Shown here: positions 39,511 through 50,096 of the stretch, piece after piece
Position numbering within the stretch: position 1 is the first letter of the stretch
How the letters are laid out: every line of letters begins with the position of its first letter
DNA from: Macrostomum lignano
Lineage: Eukaryota
DNA: 64,000 nt
Direction of reading: 5' to 3'
NCBI GenBank assembly: GCA_002269645.1
Contig: NIVC01003404.1
Location: forward strand, 1 to 64,000
Made by a program: the position numbers and the translations under genes
Notes under the pieces: generated by a model
The model's database searches: none
Told to the model about the DNA's origin: nothing
What the model saw: the letters and a program-made list of their open reading frames with translations, nothing else

Positions 39511-40251
39511 AGTCTAGAAATTAATCGGGGATTTGGAGAGCATAGGGTGGCGGCCGAAAGTAACACTCATTACAGCCAAAGCAAAATATAATGTTTGTTT
39601 AGAAACTTATCCAGCAAACCAAAGCCAAGGGAACCGAGAGAAAGATTACAGCGTCACAGGGGAATAATAATTGGATCGACGGGGAATTAACAGGAATAAA
39701 TGGGGGATGAACGGGAGTGCCAGATTCTCAGGTAAAGAGACGGTTAAGAACAAAGAATAAGAACAAGTAGGTTATGCGAAGCCGATACAACTCGTATAAC
39801 CAAAAATCCTACATATTAGGAATAATGTAGCAATATACTACATATACATTATTATTCTAGATATCAGTGGCTGCAACATGTTTTATTCGATCATATCTTT
39901 ACTCAAGCCACAGAAATGTAGGATTTTTTATTCTTTTATCATTGTTTTTTAGAATTCAAAAAAATTTGAAAACGTTTTTTTGAAAATCTACGTAGTTTCC
40001 ACTAGTCGGTAGCGTGAATATGTGACGCACCGAAATGATAGGCGACAAAAATGTTTAAGCAACGCCATGCAATTTAAAGCCATTGAATTTCCTCATTGAA
40101 TTATTGAGTACCAGTTTGCCACTGCTGTTTGACTAAATTGCTTTATAAGATAGATGTCCCCCTATAGATTTCCCTTCTTGATATATGCATTCACTATAAC
40201 ATGGTATTTCGGTATCTAATTATACCATTAATCTATAGCTTTCATAATATA

Positions 40252-40954
40252 CCTTTTTACGTTCTATTTGATAAAAACTGCAACCAATTTGGCCACGGCT
40301 CAGCCTGACCATAGACATAGAATTTTCCATAGACAGCCACCGCTAGCGGCAACCAATTTGGTAAAAACTGCGAGCTATTTTGCCAGCTTGAAGATAGCAG
40401 CTGCTCTGATGGCGAATCGTGGGCCGTACCAAAAGATAAGTCAGCTGGATCGAGAGCGAATCGTGAGAGCGTACAGGAGTGGCGACGACTGGGGAGAGCT
40501 TGGCAGAATGATGGGGATGAAGAAACCGACAGTGAGGAACATCGTGACCACGTATAAACGAACTGGTAGAGTTGGCACTCTGCCAAAAGGAGGAGTGAAG
40601 AGGATGGCGCTGACGGAGGCTATGGTGGACACCATTGTTCAATTCGTCGAAGGTCAACCTACTGCCTCTCACGCCTCTCAAGTGCCTGCGCTGGATCAAC
40701 CATTCCCAGACGTACTTCAATCGGTGCTTGAATGCTGAGGACATAATGTTCTGACTTCGTGCATGTATTGTTAACATTCTTTATCGTTATTGTTATGCTA
40801 TTGAGCTGCTATCTTCAAGCTGGCAAAATAGCTCGCAGTTTTTACCAAATTGGTTGCCGCTAGCGGTGGCTGTCTATGGAAAATTGCTGCGGCTGCGTCA
40901 GGCTGAGCCGTGGCCAAATTGGTTGCAGTTTTTATCAAATAGAACGTAAAAAGG
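40252..40954 (+). mobile_element. Internally deleted IS630/Tc1-like element: ~150-bp inverted repeats around an N-terminal HTH transposase remnant
   Basis: 40252-40403 is the reverse complement of 40803-40954. ORF from ATG 40409: DRERIVRAYRSG...GMKKPTVRNIVTTYKRTGRV..LPKGG; no DDE domain. Confidence 0.75.
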
Positions 40955-41029
40955 AATAATTTTGTAATATCAGACTATAAAACTAACAGCTAATTGTCCA
41001 ATAACTTTTCCTGCGTTATCTGTAATAAT

Positions 41030-41390
41030 GTTTACATATGTACCTACGTTTACCTATCTACTCATGTTCACCTATTTACTCATGTTTACCTATGTAAGAT
41101 TTACCTATGTTTGCCTATTTACTCAAGTTTGCCTGTTTACTCAAGTTTGCCTATTTACTCATGTTTACCTATATGTACATAGGTTTACCTACGTAAATTT
41201 CCAAAATGTTTGCCTAAAATGTTTTGCCTACTTATGTACTTATATTTACCTATCTACTCATGTTTGCCTTTTTACTCATTCAACTACACTAAATATTCAC
41301 CTACGTACCTATGTTAACCTAGTTACTCAAGTTTGCCTATTTACTCACGTTTGCCTATTTCAGTCATGTTTACCTAGGTTTACTTTATAC
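41030..41390. repeat. Degenerate GTTT(A/G)CCTATTTACTCA minisatellite
   Basis: Tandem 18-20-bp units; absent from the duplicated arm. Confidence 0.8.
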
Positions 41391-43366
41391 GTACTTATGC
41401 GTTCCTTATGTCAAGACCATAACGTCACGCTTGTAACTCTTGCACACTTGCCTGCATATACATATGCCAAATAGTCAGTTTGCCCAACGCAGATGTTTTT
41501 TCTCTTCGATGTTGCTGAAAATATACGAAAGAATTCTCTATTTCTTTTTTATTATCCTACAGAAAGTGCATTTCGATCTCGCCTCTTTCCCAATCTGAGG
41601 AACAACAACTTCCTATGGTAATTTATCGGTGTAGGACTGAGAACCATCCAGTTCTTCTCAGTTGTCATTGTTCTCAGTCCTGCTACAGTTGGACGAATTT
41701 AAGCTAACATTTTAACTGATCAAAAATTAAACAATTCAAAAAAATTTAAAATAACAAAACCGTATACAACAGGAAGTTTAGCACAGTAAAAAATAAAAGC
41801 GTCTTGTAGCGCCTCGCGTCACGTATAGTGGCCGTAAATATCACTCCAAAGTATTTTTCAACAGTGTTGGCGTCACTATTGATGCTAAGTCTAATTTTCT
41901 TTGCCGGTTTAGCACTCACTAGGTTGCTTTGTTTCACAGCTTCAACAGAGCGTTCAGGCTCGGTTTAAATAGACGCGGACTTGATGGCTGACTACCTTAT
42001 TGAAGAGCATGAGATATTTTAACATGATCTTGGGCGTCAAACTGAATATATCGCTCAATAGCTGGCATGTCGAACAGTGTCCTATAACACGAGCGATGTC
42101 CCCTCTAGCAAAGCCAGCACGATCGTACCCTCGTACGATGTAGGGTACTTGCGCCAGTCTTGCTTAGCTAGAGACTGTTGAGTGTACTATTTAACTACGA
42201 GTATTATCTGGAATTTCTAAAATTTTCTTCGACAGAGGGATTGGCTGAATCAATCCAAAATAGTGTGTTTATTATGTCTAAGAGTGTTTTGTGTCTTTTA
42301 GTGTCACTGCCTCTGTCTAAAGCTGATGGCGAGAACTTCGTTCTGGAAGACGGTGGAGCAGGTGCCGGTGTGCTGGGAGTAGGTCGCCTCAGTTCTTCCT
42401 CCAAACACGATGCAGATTTGGGACCCATCAGTGAAGCAGTGGATTTCATGGGGTTTCCAGTTGTCTCTTGATTCATGACGTGGTGGAATGCTGGTTGTGA
42501 ATTTGAGCGGAGGGCAGAGGGTGGACGGGATTCCGTCCGAGAGGGTCAGCAGGCCTCCCGCTGCTTCCAGCTATCGCAGGCTGAGGTCGCCGTGCGGCCG
42601 GGCTAAATGTCTTTAGACGACAGGTGTGTCAATAAATGCGGGAGCAGGTCTCAGAATTTTACTGCTTTCAAAGATATCGTAAAAGCCTTCTCTTTTATCT
42701 GGATTCAGTAACATGAGTTAAGTTAGATTCAGAGAGTTTTTTTAACCAGCGAGCTTGTAGGATTATCCTAGTTTTTGTAAATTAAGGAAGAACTGGGTTC
42801 GATTTGTTTAGTCTATACTTCTAACTTTATGCTCCAATTGCTTTTAGTCGCATCGCTTTAAAAAGTTGAGCTGTTGTATAAGAAGGCGTCAGCTTTATGA
42901 TCTATATCTATACTGTATTGGATTATTTATCTCTGTCCAATACTACTCATAAATGCATACTTTTGTCTGGAGCAAAAACGATTTGTGTACTTTTTGCAAA
43001 ATAGTTAAAGTATAAACATCGAATACTTCGGCAAAAAAATTATGTAAAGTTACGTACTGTACTCCTCCATTGATGGCTCCTTACGAGCTATAAAGTGCGT
43101 CAAAGCATCCACACGATTTACCAGATAAAGAATTTCTTGTGTTCTCTTCCAAAAAGTTAATCGATTAAGTTCGAACAAAGTCGGTTGCTTCTTTAACAAT
43201 CAAAAGTAACTGTAGCTTGGAATCGAATAAGGGGATTAAGTAATTTTGTTCTCAATTGAACATACAACTCGTATTTTGCTGTCAGCCAGTGGTAAAAACT
43301 GTCTACTCGTACGTTTAACACGAATGAGTAAATCAATAGTAAAACAATTGGTTATAGTCATGTATT

Positions 43367-45759
43367 TGCCTGATGCTGTGCCGGGTGAAAGGCTGCGTTG
43401 CGGTGGAGTTCCGGAAGAGCAGCAAACTGTGCCGGCCGCTGCTGACGGTACCAGAGGTGTCAGGGTCTGTCGCCAGCAACAAGACGGGACGTTTGAGAAC
43501 CGAGGCTCAATCGATAGAGCTCAAGATTGAAAACATTGATGAATTATTGGGCCTGGACACTAAAATCAACGTGAGACGCTTCGTCACGAGTGAGACTTAT
43601 TTTCAATGCTCTCTCGATTTAGTCGAGACTAACAGACTTGAATTTTCAAAATACCCGTTTTTGCAGACAAAAAAAATCGAGAGAAACGATTTCTGCGGAG
43701 ACGAAATGCAACAACATAAGCTCACTTAAGTTGATAAAAAATTCCAAATTTTTTTTACACAGTTCCTAATAAAAATTCGCCAGCACAGAAGATTCCGTCT
43801 GTGGTCGCCACTTTTGAGAGTGCAGCTGAAGTCTCTTAATCTTAGCGAGTTGAGGAATGAAGTGAGGGGAGCGGTGTGCGAGGGTTGGACGGATTAAAGC
43901 TACCCCTCAGTTTTCTCGTACCTTTTATTTCAGAATAGCCCAAGAAATTTGCTCACTGCGCATGGATTTAAATTTTGCTGAGTATATTTAAAGAGTACCG
44001 AGTACCACGTACCGAGTACTGAGATACGTAGCTAGGGGGGCCGTAGCCCAGCGGTAGCGCAGCTGCTCTGGTGTGCCAGCGACCCAGGCTCGATTCCAAG
44101 TGCAGTCACATTAATTTGGGGCTGAATTGGAATCTCGGCTTGGCTCTGCTCGTGCAATTAACGGCCTTGAGAGCCAACCCCCCAAGGCGCAGTGAAGTGT
44201 ACATGCCTAACGATAATACAAAGTTAGGGCCGCTGTACACTCCTGTGTGAGTGTGTGCCTGCGTACGTATCCGCGCGCTTGTATGCCTGCTCAGGGGAGT
44301 CGGCGGAATGGGCAGTAATGCCTCTCGCCGGTTGTGTGCCTATGTCGCTTAAAGTGCGCCAGGATGCACACAACCCCCTGCCTCTAATAAAAAAGGTAAC
44401 TGAGTTACGTAGCTTATTTTTATCTTCAACTTCACGGGAAAAATTACTTTTTGAAAGTTGATTTGTTGCCTTTTCTACAAAAATAGATCGAGAAAATTAC
44501 ATTGAAATTTTTAATCCCGTCGAATATGTAATCCAATTATCCACTTGGTTGACTATGGATCAACTCGATTAGGCTTTATTAGATATGTTTGTGAGTGCTT
44601 TTATGGCACTTCTATCATTATTGTTCTACTAGCGAATATAATAACTACCCATTCAGACACTTCAACTGGTCGACATGGCGCCATCCAGCAGATGACAATC
44701 AGCGTGACTGGCTGCTATCGTGTCAAGACCGCCGGAGCCAAGGGTGGCGACAGCTTTGGCAGAGATCAGAAACACGGAGGTAGAGGAGCCCTGATCGCTG
44801 GCAATGTCATTCTGGCCGCGGGTACTCAGCTGTCCATTGTTGTCGGACAGGCCGGAGGCAAAGTGCATACTGACGAGTACGCTAGTGGTGGTGGTGGCGG
44901 AGGCAGCTTCGTGTACCGGACATTGGACAATGGTCTGCTGATGGCTGCTGGCGGAGGCGGAGGCGCATCTTATCAGTACGATAGTGAGAGTTTTCAATTG
45001 GTTTTTATCAACAACTTGACAATATGCATCAAATGCAGATGTAGTTTATACCGCATCGTCAACTATGACTCACTTTTTAGGACAGTCAGGTGAGGCGGCA
45101 AATAACGCAACGGGATCTGTCGGTACCGAAGATGTAAGTCGGTGCGATTTAGAAAGTTTTCTTTTCATGAAGCGTTTAGACTTCGTAGGTAAAATGTTAT
45201 AAGCCCTAACTTTAAAAATCACCAAAACGTTACTACTATAAGTAGTAGCACTTCTAAGCATACAACTCAATTTCGCTCAGTGAAACAGCAATACTTTAGA
45301 TTTAAATGGTTGCAGCCGAATCAGATGGGCATCGGAGGCGCCAACGGACAACCGCGCAGCAACGACCAGAGCACTGCGGCTTCCGAAAGAAACCCTAGCC
45401 TGGTGGCTGCGGAGCCGGTTGGCTTGGCAAGCCCGCCGCCGCCCGCGGCAAGCATCTCGTACAGAGACAGAGGCGGTAGTCGCGCCGACGGCTGGGTCGG
45501 TGGCAGCGGTGGAAAAGGCAGCCTAGCTGACGGCGGCTTCGGCGGTGGCGGAGGCGGAGCGGCCGCCATAAAAGGAGCGGCAGGAGCCTGCGGAGGCTAC
45601 AGCGGCGGCGGAGCTGGGACTCCGGACTGGATTTACGCCGGAGGCGGCGGCGGCTCTTCCTGCGGCGGCAGCGGCTGCGTGGCCACCACGGGTGGCAACA
45701 CGGGCAGCGAGCACAGCTTCGTGCTCCTGCGACTGCTGGTCGACGGCTCCTGCAAGTAG
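43367..45759 (+). pseudogene. Copy B: 5'-truncated PAN + ALK/LTK-like glycine-rich gene
   Basis: PAN remnant 43367-43589 lacks its acceptor and first ~35 codons; no signal exon. Exons 44657-44983, 45081-45133 and 45316-45759, the last with compensating +5/+1 indels. Confidence 0.75.
44034..44398 (+). mobile_element. tRNA-derived SINE (family 1) in intron 2 of copy B
   Basis: A box TAGCCCAGCGG, B box GGCTCGATTCC, A-rich end, 16-bp target duplication ACTGAG(A/T)TACGTAGCT (44018-44033 / 44399-44414). Body fragments recur at ~53120-53190 and ~63520-63560. Confidence 0.75.
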
Positions 45760-46479
45760 CCACTCTAACGATCACTTTTGCAGCAAAAAAGTGACTATCT
45801 TATGCGGAAAATATCGAACTCTGGTTACGGTCATTGAGTAGCGGTTTGAACCACCCTTGTATAAAAATTTACATTATAACAGACGGGAAATTGTAAAGCA
45901 CACGATTACTTTAACACACCTGTGCAGCAACAGTTGCAGTACGCCCTTACGATCATGGTTTGCATAATTTTGCCTCCAAGACGATAAATACGAGGTATAG
46001 TACTATTTGCCATTCATTCTTAGAAGTAGTATACTTGATTGTTTAAAGATTGTGAACAGGCCCTTTCTGACTCGAAATGTTATACGTACACTCGTATGGA
46101 CTATTTATTGGACTATTGACAGATGAATTGATAGACATACACATGTATCAGTCTACTATAATTACCTATAAAACTGTACTTCGTTAGTATTGATTATTTT
46201 TCGCTAATTTTAATTACTATTTTTAATCAGCAAGCGGAGTGATTTCAGAATCTCGAATCTCTTTATTGGACTAAAAAGTATAAAATAAAGATACAAGTCT
46301 AATTTAGCTTCTAGAATGGAAATCATAATATTGTGTTAAAGAAATTTACGCGTTGACTCGTGACAGTTACAATTCCTTTTGCTTCATGATCTGACTAGAA
46401 GGTAAAACAACAGTGAGATATCAGGGGGCTACCGCTTCTTGCTTCTTTGAATCGTGCCTAAGTAAGCAGAGAAAAGGAA

Positions 46480-46910
46480 ATAGAAGGAGAGAGGCTGCAG
46501 GGAAAAGAGAGAGAAGGAGAGAGGCTGCAGGGAGAAGGAAAGAGAAGGAGAGAGGCTGCAGGGAGAAGGAGAGAGAAGGAGAGGCGGCAGAGAGAAGGAG
46601 AGAGAAGGAGAGGCGGCAGGGAGAAGGAGAGAGAAGGAGAGAGGCTGTAGGGCACCAAGAGACAGGGGCGTCCACCAAGAGACAAGGATGCCTATCAAGA
46701 GACAGGGACGCCCACTAAGAGACAGGGGCCCACGAAGACATAGGAATGGCAATAAAGAGACAGGGACGCCAAGCAAGAGACAGGGACGCCAAGCAAGAGA
46801 CAGGGACGCCAAGCAAGAGACAGGGACGCCAAGCAAGAGACAGAGACGCCAAGCAAGAGACAGGGACGCCAAGCAAGAGACAGGGACGCCAAGCAAGAGA
46901 CAGGGACACC
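46480..46910. repeat. GA-rich repeat followed by a 20-bp minisatellite (CAAGCAAGAGACAGGGACGC)n
   Basis: Visible tandem units; the GA part resembles 29860-30070. Confidence 0.9.
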
Positions 46911-47302
46911 CCCGAACAATGTAGGAGAAACATTCCTGCAGCCTTGTCTGCTTAGATCAGACAAACTGCCTCCAGTAATCTCGGTTCTTTGCTTTTTAAT
47001 AAGAAACGATGCGTATGCCAGCAAATAACAGTCAGAATTGGTTATTCTCGACGTCAAAGACTTCTGGACAATATAAAAAACACAGATTAATACCCCTTTC
47101 AACTTTCGATTACTTTTTAAGAAATATTGCTTCTTCAGTTTAAATTGATCCTGGGATAGGTAAAAATGAAAAGGATAATCCCATCAAACGACAGTAAGAA
47201 AGCAGTTATCTACAGCTAGAGGCGTTCCTGACCCGCCTGCGTATATAAAGACTGCATCGCTAAACCAAGATCGAAGGCAACCTCAACTTCCCCTGACAAA
47301 CC

Positions 47303-48469
47303 ATGGCGAACTCGTCCGTCGTAAGGATACAATTCTACGCCACTCTCAAGGGCGTCTTTGTCGACTGCCTGCCGAATGCGCCAAATCGACGCATATTCTG
47401 CCCCATCAGCACAGCCTACGGCATTGTGACCGGCCTGCTGCTGCCTCTGGTGATCGTGTCCGGACTCTTTGGCAACTGCACCACGGCCTGGATCACGCTG
47501 GGTCGCGGTGCAGAGCGCTCCCGGCTAAACGTTTACCGGGGCGCCATGGCGATTGCTGACAACGCCTCCCTGCTGGTATCTGGCTGCCTTGACCTGCTTC
47601 TCACTCGAGGGCTGCCGTGGGTGAGCGGCGGTCGACTGGGCTTCATCGTGTCAAACTAATCTTCTACAGTTTGCACTGCGCATCGTTTCGTTCAGAAGTG
47701 GCTCAGCCTGCAGTCGATGTGCATCTTTCTGGCGATGGTGCTGGACCGAGCTCTGTGCCTGGCCATGCCGTTTCGCTTCCAAGTTGTGTCGTACCGCACG
47801 GACTGGCGAGTTTGTGGTGCAGCTGTCGCGGCTTCATTGGCACTGAGCTCCGTCTGTCTGGCTGCGTACGGCTGGGACGAGTTGCAGTTCGGACCCACTG
47901 GACCCATGATGACGATCTGCAAAGTTTACTCCAGTATCCAAGGTGCACTCCGAACCCTGTTGAGTGTATACATGGTGCTTTTCTTGCAGCCTCCGACTCT
48001 GCCGATACTCTGCGTGCTGCTCGCGAATTGCTACTTGGTCTTCAAGCTGGTCGCCATCTTGCGACAGCACCGTCAGCTCTCGACTTGGCTTGGAACAGCT
48101 GCTGAGGAAAGAGACAAGATGTCTAACACAATTCTGTGCGTAGCCATGTCTGTCCTTCTCGCTCTGTGCTCTCTACCGAGTGTTCTAATCATTCTTGCAG
48201 TTGAATTTATTCGAGAATATGACACGGTGGCAGATGCTCAGCTTCTCCGCGCTCTGGTGAGAATTTCGAAAGTAAGCGAGGCGCTGGTCATCTTCAACCA
48301 AAGCGGCAACTGGCTGCTTCTGCTCTGGAAGAACCCAAATTATCGGCAGCGGTTCGTGACTCTGTTCCGTGTGCAGCGTTGCAGCAATTGCAGGAAAGAC
48401 TCTGGTCGCTCGGGTCCTACAGATCCAGACTTGCACCAGATAAACAATTTCGCTAGCCTACAGGCTTGA
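47303..48469 (+). pseudogene. Single-exon class A (rhodopsin-like, peptide-receptor type) GPCR with one premature TAA at 47657-47659
   Basis: ORFs 47303-47659 and 47717-48469 are in the same frame. TM1 GN, TM2 IAD, Cys before TM3, DRA (DRY-like) motif, seven hydrophobic segments. Confidence 0.8.
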
Positions 48470-49072
48470 CTCCAAGACGGACGGAAACCTTGACTAAATT
48501 GAGAAACTAACCGGAATTTATTTTCTTTTGTAGCACATTTTCGTTGTCTTTAAGTACTTCATTGAATAATACCGTTTGTTTTTGTAAGAATTTTAACAAA
48601 AAATGAAAACCTATTTCGAAAATTTAAACAGCGAGGCTCGCTTTACAAAACGTTCATTTGAACAATACTTTTGTGAAAATATTGAATTGCACTATCGTGG
48701 CACAACGAACTATCACAATTTTATGCACAATACTCTTTTTCAAAATGTAACTAGGACGTAATTGTCGAATCAGATTCGCAGATATACGATCTACTGGATG
48801 TACGCTGACAAAGAGATGATTAAATGTATATTCAGTATGCTTAACTTTTTGCTGTCCTAAAATTTTATATCGACTGAAATAGACAAAACATCAGTTATAT
48901 TCATAACTTTTTTTGCCCTGGAATATGCTTTGATATGCATATTTTTAACTTAAGTTACTGCCAGCAAGGAATTTAGATAAGAGTTAAACCGTGGTGAATG
49001 CATGGTAAGAAGCTGGTACAAGCGTATTGTATTGCCTCATTTTCTTGCCTGTGGATTATGTATGATCAAAGA

Positions 49073-49526
49073 CAGGGCGTTGCCACCGGGGGGGGGACAA
49101 GGGGACATGTCCCCCCCAAATAAAAGCCAAGGGGGGACAGGCCAATGGTTTGTCCCCCCCACCCCACCGTGTGACACGTTGTGGAAAACAATAATTTTGT
49201 TTCAGGGCGCCTAAATATAGCACCTGCAGTACTAAAATAAGTACCTGCGATGCCAAAATCAGTGCCTGCGGCGCTAAAGTGAGTACCTGCGACGCCAAAA
49301 TCAGTGCCTGCGGCGCTAAAATGAGTACCTGCGATGCTAAAATCAGTGCCTGCGGCGCTAAAGTGAGTACCTACGACGCCAAAATCAGTGCCTGCGGCGC
49401 CAAAATGAGCGCTGACAACACCGACTCTCAAAATCGTGTACATGTAGGGATTTAGTCAGATGCATGTACATGTAAAATTCTTTGCTTTGCCCCCCCCCCA
49501 CCAAAAAATCCATGGCGACGCCCCTG
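49073..49526. mobile_element. hAT-like MITE carrying a 42-bp tandem repeat
   Basis: CAGGGCGTTGCCA / TGGCGACGCCCCTG termini; ~4.5 x 42-bp units at 49230-49420; target duplication imperfect. Confidence 0.55.
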
Positions 49527-50096
49527 ATAAAAAAATCACACGCTTCACCACACCCTATTAGATCAAGGACAAAGACGGAGTAAATTGCAGAGACGTGTAA
49601 GTCTTAAATTAAGTAGCGGCTTAAATCTGGCTCTCGGTCACGAAGGTTTTAATTAAAAAACGAATCTTAATCTTAGTAATTCTTAAGCTTCTTTCACTAG
49701 AAGGTCACTAAAAAAATAAGCGGAGGCGGCAAATGCGGCGAGACCCGAGCAGTTTCCGATTTGCCTCGGTGCGCTGCTGTTCGAGAGCTCGACTTCAACA
49801 TAGTGCAGTTGCTGAACCAGCTAAACCATCTCATCAGATGATTCCCATTTCCAAATAAATTTTTCTTCGATATTCAGAGTTTAGCTATTAGACATCATCC
49901 TGCTTCATTTGAAGCCATAGTGAAATTAACTTTTGAATGTATTTTGACTAGGTGACATTTTTTTCTATCTTTTGCCTAGCAACAACCAAAAATCTTTATT
50001 CGACACTGTTGTTGTCATTGCAAGCTGTAACCAGAGTACGAATGTTTCCGCATAAGTTAGGCACTTGTATTGCCGAAAAAGTTACAGCTAGAGTGG

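Noticed and set aside
42178-42600. Short ORFs with a Pro/Ser-rich segment (minus strand) in the left arm
   Set aside because: No recognisable domain or splice-consistent gene model; probably a transposon or gag-like relic.
44034-44110. tRNA genes at 44034-44110 (+) and 63110-63188 (-)
   Set aside because: They have A/B boxes but no convincing cloverleaf or acceptor stem, and each continues into a repeated body and tail, so they are SINE heads.
47621-47669. Possible 49-nt intron (GTGAGC...CTAAT...ACAG) removing the GPCR stop
   Set aside because: It would shift the frame. The in-frame 39-nt alternative uses a poor donor (GTCGAC) and deletes a loop that looks like normal ECL1 sequence.
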